Sequence record: DRR723986_4862
Direction: 5' to 3' (one strand)
Length of the DNA stretch: 64,000 nucleotides
Shown: positions 9,860-19,427 of the stretch, piece by piece
How positions within the stretch are numbered: the stretch's first letter is position 1
Layout of the letters: each line of letters starts with the position of its first letter
Position numbers and translations under genes: made by a program
Notes under the pieces: model-generated
Databases searched by the model: none
The model's input: the letters and a program-made list of their open reading frames with translations, nothing else
What the model was told of the DNA's origin: nothing

Positions 9860-11218
9860 TTACCGAATCAGTGTCAGCAGCTCGTCCAGCAAGCGCTCGA
9901 GCTTGCGCAGTGAACCGCATTCCGCCACGTAGTGACACGCCGTCTGGTAGCGGCGTATTTCCGAGTCACCGGTATTCCAGCGGCCCTGGGATTCTGGATT
10001 GAACCACAGCACCAGGCGGGCGCGGTGGTAGAGTTCTCGCAGTGCGGCAATGCCGGTGTCGCCGCCGTTGCCCCGGCCGTCGCCGAGAATAATGATGGTA
10101 CTGCGACGATTGACGCGCTCTTCAACTAACTGGCGAAAGCTGTTCAGTGCGCGGCCGTAATCGCTGCTGCCCATGCCGTGGCGCTGCTGAATAATCGCGA
10201 GGGCCTCGTCGGCATCGTGCTGGCGGAATAGCTCGCTGACTTCAACGCTTTCGCCACAGAAAACAAAGCTGCGTGTGTTGGGGAGTACGTCAGCCAGGGC
10301 CTGCATAAACAGCATTAGCACTTGCGACCAACTGCTAACCGAGCCACTGAGGTCGCACAGCACAAAAATTTCGCTTTTTTCGCGGCGGGTGCTTTTCCAG
10401 TAGCGATGGAAGGGAACCCCTCCGAGTGCGATGTTGCGGCGCAAGGTCTTGCCGAGGTCTAGGCGACCGCGTTTGGCGCGCCGATAACGCTGCCGGTGCT
10501 TGGCGGCGAGTTTTTTGGCCAGCTTACGTATCAGCGGCGGCAGGCGGTCGCGGTAGTAGGTGTCCAGTGCCGACAGCTGGCTATCGCGCATTAAGGTTTC
10601 TTGAAACTCGCGGGTAGCGGCATTGTTGTTGAGCAATAACTGTCGGTCTAGCAGTTCGCTGAGTTGTGCCAGTTGCGTTTCCCGCTCGCGTTCCAGCCAC
10701 CGTGCCTGTTGTTGCTCTGGTGGGCTGCCACTGGCCAATTGGGCGATACGCTCGCGGCGGCCGCTGTCATTGAGGGCATCGAGGATGCGGCGGCGGTATA
10801 TGCCGCGCTGGGTGGGGTATTGCATTGCGGCCAGGTCGACGTCGCCTGCGGCGCGCATCAGCTCCGCGCGCAGTGCATCGCTGCCCATGCCGCCACCGCC
10901 ACCCTGCCCTTGGCCCTCTCCCTCGCCCGCGGTTTCGCCGTCGTCGGCACTGCGGTCTTGTTGTGCCTCTGGGTCGACGGTGTGTGTGGTGTCGTTAGGT
11001 GTTTCTGCCAGGTCAAAGAACTGGGCGAAGCAGCGGCTGAACAACTGACGTTGTTCCTCTGACTTCGCTAGGCAGCTCGCCAAGCCGTCGTGTAAAAGCT
11101 GGCGATCACCATAGCCAAGGCTGACAGCAACTTGCATGGCGTCTAGCGTTTCTGCGGTGGAAATACCGACCCCGGCATGACGCAGGTGGCGAATAAACTG
11201 CAGTAAGGTGGCTTCCAC
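9860..11218 (-). CDS. VWA domain protein, CoxE-like
   Basis: FIRHLRHAGV N-terminus; GRLDLGKTLRRN; MIDAS DLSGS; ILGDGRGN; WFNPE. Confidence 0.88.
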   Translation of the reverse strand: MEATLLQFIRHLRHAGVGISTAETLDAMQVAVSLGYGDRQLLHDGLASCLAKSEEQRQLFSRCFAQFFDLAETPNDTTHTVDPEAQQDRSADDGETAGEGEGQGQGGGGGMGSDALRAELMRAAGDVDLAAMQYPTQRGIYRRRILDALNDSGRRERIAQLASGSPPEQQQARWLERERETQLAQLSELLDRQLLLNNNAATREFQETLMRDSQLSALDTYYRDRLPPLIRKLAKKLAAKHRQRYRRAKRGRLDLGKTLRRNIALGGVPFHRYWKSTRREKSEIFVLCDLSGSVSSWSQVLMLFMQALADVLPNTRSFVFCGESVEVSELFRQHDADEALAIIQQRHGMGSSDYGRALNSFRQLVEERVNRRSTIIILGDGRGNGGDTGIAALRELYHRARLVLWFNPESQGRWNTGDSEIRRYQTACHYVAECGSLRKLERLLDELLTLIR

Positions 11219-11224
11219 GTTGTT

Positions 11225-12148
11225 TCAGTAACGCTGGCTGAGTAGGCGGGTGATTTCAGGCCGCACGATGTTGATATCTTCCTCGTATTTCAGCAGCACA
11301 TTCAGGCTGTCATCAACCAGTGCAGCGGACAGGCTGTCGGCATGCAGCAGTAGTAGGCTGCGCGCCCAGTCGATCGTTTCGCTGATGGCCGGTTGTTTTT
11401 TCAGGTCGAGCTGACGAACCCCGTGCACAAAAGTGACCAGCTGTTGGCGCAGGCTGTCGGCGACGTCTGGCACCCGGCTTTGCACGATGCGGCTCTCTAG
11501 CTCTGCTTCGGGAAAGGGGATGTACAGGTGCAGGCAGCGTCGCTTGAGTGCATCGCTGAGGTCGCGGGTATTGTTACTGGTCAATAGCACCAGCGGCTTG
11601 TGTTTGGCCCGTAGGGTGCCAATTTCCGGCAGGGTGACCGCGAAGTCGGCGAGGATTTCCAGCAGCAGCGATTCAAATTCGTAGTCGGCTTTGTCGATTT
11701 CATCGATCAATAGTACGGCGCCGTCATCGCTTTGCAGCGCGCTGAGCAGAGGGCGAGGTTCCAGAAACCGCTCTGAGTAGAAAATGTCATCGAAGTTGTG
11801 CAGGCGTTCCACGGCCGCGGACAGGTCGTTGGCGCCGCCAAGAATGCCTTGTAGCTGCTCTTTTAACACTTGCACATAGAGCAGTTGCTTGCTGTATTTC
11901 CAGTCGTACAATGCCTTGCTTTCGTCCAAACCTTCGTAGCACTGCAGTCGAAACAGCGGTAACTTGAGCATCGCCGCGCTGGCGTTGGCGAGCTCGGTCT
12001 TGCCAACGCCGGGCGGCCCCTCAATCAGAATAGGGCGCTGGAGCGCGCGGGCAAGGTGCAGGGTGGTAGCGATTTGCTCGCTGGCGATGTAGCCCTGCTC
12101 GGCCAGCTGTGAAATCAGTTCATCGATGGCTTGTCTTGCCGTATTCAT
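11225..12148 (-). CDS. MoxR-family AAA+ ATPase, CoxD-like
   Basis: EGPPGVGKTEL, RLQCYEGLD, LLIDEIDK, LSDALKRRCLH. Confidence 0.92.
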   Translation of the reverse strand: MNTARQAIDELISQLAEQGYIASEQIATTLHLARALQRPILIEGPPGVGKTELANASAAMLKLPLFRLQCYEGLDESKALYDWKYSKQLLYVQVLKEQLQGILGGANDLSAAVERLHNFDDIFYSERFLEPRPLLSALQSDDGAVLLIDEIDKADYEFESLLLEILADFAVTLPEIGTLRAKHKPLVLLTSNNTRDLSDALKRRCLHLYIPFPEAELESRIVQSRVPDVADSLRQQLVTFVHGVRQLDLKKQPAISETIDWARSLLLLHADSLSAALVDDSLNVLLKYEEDINIVRPEITRLLSQRY

Positions 12149-12169
12149 ACAGAGTCCTGTGTTCGCTGC

Positions 12170-12652
12170 CTAGGGCCGCACTAGTTGCTGCAGAGATTGC
12201 CAGTGCCGTGGGTAGCCTGCCTGAATATCGTCGGCGTTGGCAAATTCATGGTCGCGGTAGTCGAAGCCCGGGCTAACCGCTTCGGAGATCAAGCCGTAGT
12301 CGCCTTCTTTGAGCTGGGAGGCTTTCCACCATCCGCCGGGCACATAGAGCTGCAGATGCTGCCCCTTTTCGAGGTCTGGCCCCATGACGAGGTGCTCAAC
12401 ATCGCCGTTTTCTTTCAAGAGCGTGTAGTGAAGGGGGGAGCCGCCCTGCCAAAAATGCAGGATGCCGCTGCGATTGCGGTGCAGGTAGCCAGTGGCGCTG
12501 TCGGCGGTGAGCAAATAATAGATGCTGCTCATCAGCGGGCGCTGCGCACTACCGTCGCCAGTGGTTTGTGGGTGGGTAAAGCTGCGCCTGAAATAGCCGC
12601 CCTCGGGGTGGGCTTCCAGTTTAAGCTGCTCGATAATTTGCTGCGCTTGCAT
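12170..12652 (-). CDS. cupin (DUF985 / Cupin_5) protein
   Basis: HPEGGYF, SIYYLL, EAVSPGFDY. Confidence 0.88.
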   Translation of the reverse strand: MQAQQIIEQLKLEAHPEGGYFRRSFTHPQTTGDGSAQRPLMSSIYYLLTADSATGYLHRNRSGILHFWQGGSPLHYTLLKENGDVEHLVMGPDLEKGQHLQLYVPGGWWKASQLKEGDYGLISEAVSPGFDYRDHEFANADDIQAGYPRHWQSLQQLVRP

Positions 12653-12657
12653 GGCGC

Positions 12658-13650
12658 TTAGCCGCCAGTGGTATTCATAAAGCGCACGATCTGAGGCTCG
12701 TCATTCAGGTCGAAGTGGTGGCGCTCAGGTTTGATGTCCATGGCGTCGATAATACGTTGCTGAAGCTGCTCTGGCTGGTTTTCCAGAACGCTTTTGAGGT
12801 CGACGGAGTATTCATTGCCCAGGCAAAGCAATAAACGCCCCTCAACGGTCAGCCTCACGCGATTGCAGAGATGGCAGAAGTTGTGGCTGTGGGGCGAGAT
12901 CAAACCAACCCGACTTGCGCTGTCAGCCATACGGTAATAGCGCGACGGACCGCCGCTGGTTTCCGCGCTGGCGGTAAGTGGGTAGCGCGCGTTTATGCGC
13001 TGATGAATTTCGTCGCTGCTACAGAAGCTGAGGGCCCGGTCGTGCTCGCTGATATGGCCGAGGGGCATTTCTTCAATAAAGCTGATATCGACGTTGCGGT
13101 CGCGGGCGAAATCCACCAAGTCCAGGATCTCGTCGTCGTTGCGGCCGTTCATAATGACCGCATTCAATTTAATCCGCTCAAAACCGGCGGCTTTGGCGGC
13201 GTCGACGCCGGCCAATACCTTGCTCAGTTCGCCAACGCGCGTCAGCTCTTTAAAGCGATCTTCGCGGAGGCTGTCCAGGCTGATATTGATGCCGGTTAAG
13301 CCCGCGCGATACAGGGGCTCAGCATAGCGATCCAGCTGGGCGCCATTGCTGGTCATATTTAATTGTTCGAGGCCGTCCAGCGACGCTAAGCGCTCCACCA
13401 GAGACAGCACATTGCGGCGCACCAGCGGTTCGCCGCCGGTCAAACGAATTTTTGTGACACCCAATTGCACAAATGCGGCGCCAATGTCGTAGAGTTGTTC
13501 CAGACTAAGGATGTCGCGCCGGGGTAGAAAGGTCATGTCCTCGGCCATGCAGTAGACGCAGCGAAAATCGCAGCGGTCGGTAACGGAGAGGCGCAGGTAG
13601 TCTACCTGGCGACCAAATCGATCTTGCAGTGGCGGAGTGGCTGTAGTCAT
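12658..13650 (-). CDS. moaA: GTP 3',8-cyclase (molybdopterin biosynthesis)
   Basis: [31 protein letters not shown]-terminal GG. Confidence 0.96.
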   Translation of the reverse strand: MTTATPPLQDRFGRQVDYLRLSVTDRCDFRCVYCMAEDMTFLPRRDILSLEQLYDIGAAFVQLGVTKIRLTGGEPLVRRNVLSLVERLASLDGLEQLNMTSNGAQLDRYAEPLYRAGLTGINISLDSLREDRFKELTRVGELSKVLAGVDAAKAAGFERIKLNAVIMNGRNDDEILDLVDFARDRNVDISFIEEMPLGHISEHDRALSFCSSDEIHQRINARYPLTASAETSGGPSRYYRMADSASRVGLISPHSHNFCHLCNRVRLTVEGRLLLCLGNEYSVDLKSVLENQPEQLQQRIIDAMDIKPERHHFDLNDEPQIVRFMNTTGG

Positions 13651-13715
13651 CCGTCGATATTATCACAGCCTGCGGGCGGGTAGCCTGTAAGCAATAACAT
13701 GTTGAGAGAGTGTTT

Positions 13716-14423
13716 ATGAAATACAGCCTGGCGATTGTAATGCTGCTTGCCTGCGCAAGCCTTGTGCAAGCTGAACCCGGAAATGGCAATGCTTACGGCA
13801 AGGCCCATGCGCCCGGCCAGAATAAAGCACCGGGAGAGCCCGCACAGGGGCATGCTCACGGTAAAAACAAGCAAAAAACTGGCGATACCTACGCCGCCAA
13901 GGGCAACGCAGGTGGTGCCCAGGCGCGTGCCGATTGGCGGGTCTACAACCGCTTTGGTCAGGCGATATCGGCCAGCGCATTAGCAGATGCCGTCGCTGTA
14001 GAGGCGGCGGTCAAAAAAGCGGGTGTCGACCCCTATTCGCAAGAGGCGGCGATGATTCGCATAAGCATGGGGCAATCGCCAGAAATTGCGGATAAGCCCA
14101 ACGACGGCGCCTATAATGCGCACGGTGAAGCGATTTCACACCGCCAGGCCAGTGAGCGTTTTGCTGCCATAGCGGTGATGGAGCGTGCGGGGATAGATCC
14201 AGACAGTGAGCAGGCGGCGCAGATCCGTGCGGCGGCCGAGGGGCGTATTGAAACGGCTGATGGCGAAGAGGTGGACCAGCAAACACTGGAAGATGTCGCC
14301 AAGGAAATCGCTGTACAAGAAGCCATTATTTACACCGGTGCCAAGCCCGGTTCTGCTGATGAGTCGCTAATTCGCATGGGCGCCGATGTGTTCATGGAGA
14401 AGCTTCGCAGCTGGCGCCAGTAG
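13716..14423 (+). CDS. secreted hypothetical protein with three internal ~40-aa repeats
   Basis: Signal peptide (VQA/EP); repeats YNxxGxAIS...AGxDPxSxxAAxIR. Confidence 0.8.
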   Translation: MKYSLAIVMLLACASLVQAEPGNGNAYGKAHAPGQNKAPGEPAQGHAHGKNKQKTGDTYAAKGNAGGAQARADWRVYNRFGQAISASALADAVAVEAAVKKAGVDPYSQEAAMIRISMGQSPEIADKPNDGAYNAHGEAISHRQASERFAAIAVMERAGIDPDSEQAAQIRAAAEGRIETADGEEVDQQTLEDVAKEIAVQEAIIYTGAKPGSADESLIRMGADVFMEKLRSWRQ

Positions 14424-14608
14424 TGAAGAGACCGTTTTTTATTGGCCTTAGAATCCCCCACTGTCGTATTTTGCCAGTGGGATGTCTCATTTTGTCATTG
14501 TCTGGCTGCTGGCAACGTTTACTCTGGAAGCCGTGAATAGGCCTTCTTTTTATAGGGTTTTTAGCCGCCTTGCGGCGATCTTAATGCGTTAGAGCTGAGG
14601 ACAAGCCA

Positions 14609-15622
14609 ATGACTAGCACAACAACTACCGTAAAACGCTACCCAATGCCCATGCCGTATGGTTGGTTTGCGGTTTCTTTTTCTGACGAACTGGCTCCCAG
14701 CCAGTCCCGCGCTGTGCATTACTTCGGCCAAGAGTTGGTGCTGTTTCGTACCGAGGCTGGTCGCGCGGTATTGATGGAAGCGTACTGTCCCCACCTCGGT
14801 GCTCACCTGGGCCACGGTATTCACGAGCGCTCCGGTACCGGCGGTGGCCGCATTGAAGGCAATAACATTGTCTGCCCTTTCCACTCTTGGAAATTTAGCC
14901 CCGAGGGCGAGTGTGTTGAGGTTCCTTACGCGAAGAATATGCCACCTAAGATTGCCGGCCAGAAGTGCCTGAAGTCTTTCCCTGTGCGTGAAGTGAACCA
15001 GGTGATCTGGGCGTGGTACCACCCTGAAGGTGAGTCGCCCATGTGGGAAGTGATCGAACACGAGGAAGCGAATTCCGATGACTGGTCGCCGCTGGATCGC
15101 TACGAGTGGATTCTGAATACTCACTCTCAGGAAATGGCGGAAAATGCCGCTGACCCTGCTCACTTTAAGTACGTTCACGGTACGGCCTCTTTCCCAGAGT
15201 GGGAAACAACCTATGACGGCCCAATGGTTCGCGGCCTGCAAAAGGCGAATATGCCCACGCCGCGCGGTGAAGTTCGCGGTGCTATTCACACTGGTAGCGC
15301 TGGCCCAGGCCAGGGCTTTACTAAGTTTGAAGGCATTGCCGATACGTTCCTGATGGGTCTCACGACGCCGATCGATCAAGAGACGGTACACGTGCGTTTT
15401 GCTTTCACCCAGCCCAAGGTTAACGGTGAAGTACAGAAAGGTGGTGTGAACGCGGCGATTATCGCCAATATCGTTGGCCAGCTTGAGGAAGATAAGCCCA
15501 TCTGGGAAAACAAGATCTATCGCCCACTGCCAATTTTGTGTGACGGCGACGGCCCGATCGCGAAATTCCGCAAATGGTATTCTCAGTTCTACGCTGGTGG
15601 CTTCGACCCACGCTCGCTGTAA
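14609..15622 (+). CDS. Rieske [2Fe-2S] oxygenase, KshA/Neverland-like (probable steroid or lipid substrate)
   Basis: PYGWF; CPHLG...CPFH; mononuclear Fe motif ENAADPAHFKYVH; DKPIWENK; LCDGDGPIAKFRKWYSQF. Confidence 0.88.
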   Translation: MTSTTTTVKRYPMPMPYGWFAVSFSDELAPSQSRAVHYFGQELVLFRTEAGRAVLMEAYCPHLGAHLGHGIHERSGTGGGRIEGNNIVCPFHSWKFSPEGECVEVPYAKNMPPKIAGQKCLKSFPVREVNQVIWAWYHPEGESPMWEVIEHEEANSDDWSPLDRYEWILNTHSQEMAENAADPAHFKYVHGTASFPEWETTYDGPMVRGLQKANMPTPRGEVRGAIHTGSAGPGQGFTKFEGIADTFLMGLTTPIDQETVHVRFAFTQPKVNGEVQKGGVNAAIIANIVGQLEEDKPIWENKIYRPLPILCDGDGPIAKFRKWYSQFYAGGFDPRSL

Positions 15623-15651
15623 GGGCAAGTGTGAATCTGGTCAGATAAATG

Positions 15652-15681
15652 AAAAGGGCGTCCAACTGGGCGCCCTTTTTT
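15652..15681 (+). terminator. Rho-independent terminator
   Basis: AAAAGGGCG-loop-CGCCCTTTTTT. Confidence 0.8.
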
Positions 15682-15731
15682 GTATGGCTAGCGGCTATAC
15701 TAGTGCGCAACCTACTCTTTCTGGAGATGCA

Positions 15732-16070
15732 ATGAAGCGCGCAGTCATCCTGCTTTGGATCGTTTGCCTGATGCCCCTATCCAGCTGGGCGGCCTGCAAA
15801 CTGCCTGCGCCGCCCAAGCAGTTCCCCGATGGCGAGGCGGCAAGCCGCGACGAGATGCAACAGCTGCGCCAGCAACTCGAGCGTTATGTCGACGAGCAAG
15901 GCCGTTACCTAAAGTGCCTGGACGCCATGGAAAAAACCGCCAAGGGAACCGGTTATGACACGGCGCAACGCCGGTTAGAGCGCATCGCTCGTTACAATAC
16001 CGCGATGGCGGAGATGTCGGCGGCGGTGGAGCGTTATAACCGCGAGGCTGAGCGTTTTAATCTGCGATGA
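15732..16070 (+). CDS. small secreted helical hypothetical protein (two Cys in the mature part)
   Basis: GGAG RBS; signal peptide MKRAVILL..SWA; ACKLPAPP..PDG..YLKCLD. Confidence 0.75.
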   Translation: MKRAVILLWIVCLMPLSSWAACKLPAPPKQFPDGEAASRDEMQQLRQQLERYVDEQGRYLKCLDAMEKTAKGTGYDTAQRRLERIARYNTAMAEMSAAVERYNREAERFNLR

Positions 16071-16860
16071 GTTCAATGCCGCGGGTGGCGAGCTTTTCAC
16101 GCAGTGTTTGGCTGGCCGCTTCTGCCCCGAGAATGCACGCGCGTTGACGCCCCTTGCCTCCGCGAATGTAGCGGTTATTTTCAAGCAAATCTTTCACTCG
16201 CCGCGCAATGGCTTCACCAGAATCTATCCAATGGATTCCCGGGAGGTGTTTGGCTAGCTGTGGTTTAACCAGTGGGAAGTGGGTGCAGGCCAATACAATT
16301 GTGTCCAGCGCTTTTGCGCTGGGGTATTGGTGAAATGCGGCTGCCACGCTCTGCCAAACGTCAGGGGAATCCTCGTCCTGCCAGAATAACGCTTCCACCG
16401 CCGGTGCCAGAGCTTCTGCTCCTACCGATAGCACGGTGCAGTCGCTGGCAAAGGTGTCGATTAGCTCGGCAGTGTAGCGACGTTTTATGGTGCCGGGCGT
16501 GGCGAGCAGGCCAATAACACGGCTGTTGCTTTGCAGGGCGGCAGGCTTAATGGCGGGCACGACACCCACAACAGGAAGGGAGACTTGCTGTCGTAAACTG
16601 GGTAGCACGGCAGTGCTGGCGCTGTTGCATGCGACCACCACGATATCGATGCGGTGGCGCTGTAGCAAGGTGTGAATACGCTGGAGAATATGTTCTACCA
16701 GTGCATCCTCCTGCCACATGCCGTAGGGGAAGCCGCCGCGATCCATCGCGTAGAGCAGGTCAATATCGGGAAGCAAATGGTGGATTTCGGCGCCGATGCT
16801 CAGGCTACCGACACCGCTGTCGAACACCAGCACCTGGGGGCGGTGCTCAACACTATTCAT
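16057..16860 (-). CDS. murI: glutamate racemase
   Basis: VFDSGVG, VACNSAS, LACTHFP. Confidence 0.95.
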   Translation of the reverse strand: MNSVEHRPQVLVFDSGVGSLSIGAEIHHLLPDIDLLYAMDRGGFPYGMWQEDALVEHILQRIHTLLQRHRIDIVVVACNSASTAVLPSLRQQVSLPVVGVVPAIKPAALQSNSRVIGLLATPGTIKRRYTAELIDTFASDCTVLSVGAEALAPAVEALFWQDEDSPDVWQSVAAAFHQYPSAKALDTIVLACTHFPLVKPQLAKHLPGIHWIDSGEAIARRVKDLLENNRYIRGGKGRQRACILGAEAASQTLREKLATRGIELIAD

Positions 16861-16867
16861 TCCCGGA

Positions 16868-17347
16868 TCACAGCTGTTCAATAATCTTTTCAGCGGCGCT
16901 GACATCGACGCCACCGGCTGGCTCGACGGCAATAAAGCTTACGACACCATCTTCTGCAATCAACGCAAAGCGCTGGCTGCGTTTGCCCATGCCGTAGCCA
17001 CTGGCATCCATTTCCAGGCCCAGTGCGGCGGTGAGTTCTGCGTTGCCGTCGGCGAGCATGAGCAGCTGTTCAGCGTTTTGGCTCTTACCCCAGGCATCCA
17101 TCACAAAAGCGTCGTTGACCGACATGCACACGATGCTGTCGACACCCTTGGCTTTAATTGTGTCAGCGTGCACGACATAGCCAGGTAGGTGGGTGAGGCT
17201 ACAGCCGGGGGTGAAGGCACCGGGCACGGCAAACAGCACAACTTTCTTACCGCTAAATATATCGCCAGTGGTGATGTCTTGGGGGCCCTTTTCGCCCATA
17301 ACTTTGAGCGTAACGTCGGGGATTTTATCGCCAGCTTGGATGCTCAT
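16868..17347 (-). CDS. peroxiredoxin (Prx5/Redoxin type)
   Basis: AVPGAFTPGCSLTHLPG; SVNDAFVM; AGGA RBS. Confidence 0.93.
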   Translation of the reverse strand: MSIQAGDKIPDVTLKVMGEKGPQDITTGDIFSGKKVVLFAVPGAFTPGCSLTHLPGYVVHADTIKAKGVDSIVCMSVNDAFVMDAWGKSQNAEQLLMLADGNAELTAALGLEMDASGYGMGKRSQRFALIAEDGVVSFIAVEPAGGVDVSAAEKIIEQL

Positions 17348-17427
17348 ATCGTTGTCCTTTAACCAGAAAAAAGAGGAGTTTGTGCTGCGCGACAAGTGTA
17401 GCAGAGCTAATAGCGTGTCGACATGCA

Positions 17428-17456
17428 CTTGAAATATGCGACGCCAATACCCAGAT
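17428..17456 (+). promoter_or_regulatory. sigma32 (RpoH) promoter of hsp20
   Basis: CTTGAAA-N14-ACCCAGAT versus consensus CTTGAAA-N13/14-CCCCATNT. Confidence 0.7.
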
Positions 17457-17510
17457 AATGTTCAACAGCGAAAGCTGAAATTGCGTTGAAGCGTTATTGG
17501 AGGTGGTTTT

Positions 17511-17915
17511 ATGAATAGCTATCTGCCCTTCACATTATTTGGAGACCTAAGCCGCAATTTTGATAGCCGCGGTGAGCCGGCCGAGAAGGCGCGTCGTGCA
17601 TGGGCGCCTGCTGTGGATATCAGTGAGGCGGACGACGCCTACCTGCTAAGTATGGATGTTCCCGGTATCAGTCGAGAGGCGATTGAGGTTAGCGTTGACG
17701 GTGGCGTGCTAACGGTTAAGGGCGAGCGCACTATCGACTATGCCGACGCAAAGTTGGCGGTAAACGAGCGCTGGCAAGGAGAATTTGTTCGCCGCTTCTC
17801 GCTGCCCGATACCGTGGATCAGGAGAAGATTGCTGCCAAGGTAGAAAACGGCGTCTTGGCGCTGCACGTACCCAAACTTGCCGCGGCGGAGCCGCGTCGT
17901 ATCACCGTTCAATAG
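17511..17915 (+). CDS. Hsp20/alpha-crystallin small heat shock protein
   Basis: WAPAVDISE, DVPG, FVRRFSLP, NGVL; GGAGG RBS. Confidence 0.93.
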   Translation: MNSYLPFTLFGDLSRNFDSRGEPAEKARRAWAPAVDISEADDAYLLSMDVPGISREAIEVSVDGGVLTVKGERTIDYADAKLAVNERWQGEFVRRFSLPDTVDQEKIAAKVENGVLALHVPKLAAAEPRRITVQ

Positions 17916-17996
17916 GCCCCCTGTTAAGCCCTGCCCTTGCAGGGCTTAATTGCCTGTGCTGGAATCGCAGGGTTTTTAATCACTGAGCCCTCTCCT

Positions 17997-18764
17997 ATGC
18001 CCCCCTTTGATAAAGCGTCACTGCGTCGCGAGTGGCAAATATTCCTGCTGGCGCTGGGCTTTTTGAGTCGTATTCCTGTTCCCCAAGACCCTGACTTCAG
18101 CCCCGAAAAGCTTGATGGTACAGCGCGCTACTTTCCTCTCGTGGGGCTGCTGATTGGTGGCGTAACGGCTATTGCCTTGCTGGTTTTTTTTGCGCTGTTT
18201 AATAACCCGCTGTTGGCGGTGCTGTTGAGTATGGCAGTGGGCTTGTTGCTGACAGGCGCCTTTCATGAGGATGGTTTGGCCGACAGCGCCGATGGCTTTG
18301 GCGGCGGATGGCGCCGCGATGACGTGCTGCGCATCATGAAAGACTCGCGCATCGGCAGCTATGGCACCGCCGCGTTATTCATGGTGCTAGCCATTAAGGC
18401 AGCGAGCTTGGCGGCGATGCCGATCGCCCAAGCGGTTGGCGGAATCCTTATCGCGCAAGTGGTGAGCCGTTGGTTGGCCATCTCCTTTCTGATCGATATG
18501 CCCTATGTGAGCGGTGAAGGAAAGTCGAAGCCTCTGGCGACCGCGCTATCACTGCGTGACTGGCTATTGGCAGGGCTGCCTGTTCTGTTGTTATCAGGCT
18601 TTGCACAGGCCTCGCAGTGGCTGCTCTTGTTGCTGATTTTGGGGGGCTTTCGGCTGGGTGTTGGGCGGTATTTGTCGCGCCGTATACAAGGGTATACCGG
18701 AGATGCACTGGGGGCGGCGCAGCAACTGAGTGAAATACTTATCTACTTAGTGATCTTACTGTAG
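17997..18764 (+). CDS. cobS: adenosylcobinamide-GDP ribazoletransferase
   Basis: FLSRIP, TGAFHEDGLADSADG, IMKDSRIGSYG, GYTGDALGA. Confidence 0.92.
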   Translation: MPPFDKASLRREWQIFLLALGFLSRIPVPQDPDFSPEKLDGTARYFPLVGLLIGGVTAIALLVFFALFNNPLLAVLLSMAVGLLLTGAFHEDGLADSADGFGGGWRRDDVLRIMKDSRIGSYGTAALFMVLAIKAASLAAMPIAQAVGGILIAQVVSRWLAISFLIDMPYVSGEGKSKPLATALSLRDWLLAGLPVLLLSGFAQASQWLLLLLILGGFRLGVGRYLSRRIQGYTGDALGAAQQLSEILIYLVILL

Positions 18765-18785
18765 TTGTCAGCAGGCAAAGATGTC

Positions 18786-18814
18786 GCTGAACCGCAGCTG
18801 AACGGCGACTGTAA
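18786..18814 (+). promoter_or_regulatory. phased direct repeats, candidate OmpR/PhoB-family regulator site
   Basis: CTGAAC at 18787, CTGAAC at 18798 and CTGTAA at 18809 (11-bp period). Confidence 0.5.
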
Positions 18815-18887
18815 ATTGTTGTTCCTTTTAGCGGCGCACTTTGTCGGCGCTCGCTGGTCAGAGAAGTATCAGTAAGAGGAGATAACA

Positions 18888-19427
18888 ATGTCTAAGTTTG
18901 CAGTTGTTGCCGCTGGTGTTGGTGCGGTTGCGCTGGCCACGGCGGGTGGCTATGGCGGTTACCACTACTTGGAGTCGCAGCCGCGCTATGCGCAGGTATT
19001 GTCTGTTGAGCCAATTACCGAAACCTATTTTGTCCCCCGTGAAGAGTGTTACGACGAGGTGGTGCAGGAGCAGGCACCGAGCCGCGACAGCAATCAAATA
19101 GCCGGCACGGTAGTCGGCGCTGTACTCGGCGCGGTTATCGGTAAGCAAGTGGGTGGCGGGAACGGTAAAAAGCTCGCGACAGTGGCGGGGGCGGCTGCAG
19201 GTGGCTACGCGGGCAAGCGTATTCAGGAAGATATGCAGAGCAAGAATGTGCAAACCCGCACAGAGCGCCGCTGCCAAACCCTGCAAGATCCTAAGCAGCG
19301 CGTCACTGGCTATGAAGTCAGCTATAGTCTTGATGGTGAGGCGGGCACCGTTACCTTAGCGCAGCGCCCGGGCGAGCAGATTCCTGTTGTTAATGGCGAG
19401 CTGGTGCTGGAAAACCCGGAGGGCTAG
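18888..19427 (+). CDS. glycine zipper 2TM protein (YcfJ/UmoD-like)
   Basis: GTVVGAVLGAVIGKQVGGGNGKKLATVAGAAAGGYAG; GYEVSY. Confidence 0.9.
   Translation: MSKFAVVAAGVGAVALATAGGYGGYHYLESQPRYAQVLSVEPITETYFVPREECYDEVVQEQAPSRDSNQIAGTVVGAVLGAVIGKQVGGGNGKKLATVAGAAAGGYAGKRIQEDMQSKNVQTRTERRCQTLQDPKQRVTGYEVSYSLDGEAGTVTLAQRPGEQIPVVNGELVLENPEG

Noticed and set aside
9860-12148. CoxD/CoxE as evidence for aerobic CO oxidation
   Set aside because: No coxMSL genes in the window
14561-15628. 355-aa minus-strand ORF
   Set aside because: Antisense shadow of the Rieske oxygenase gene with no recognisable motifs; the same applies to the other long shadow ORFs (7112-7738, 20907-21545, 23952-24593, 41562-42332, 57914-58507)
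17461-17513. ROSE-type RNA thermometer in the hsp20 leader
   Set aside because: No clear U(U/C)GCU element pairing with the Shine-Dalgarno; cannot be supported without folding
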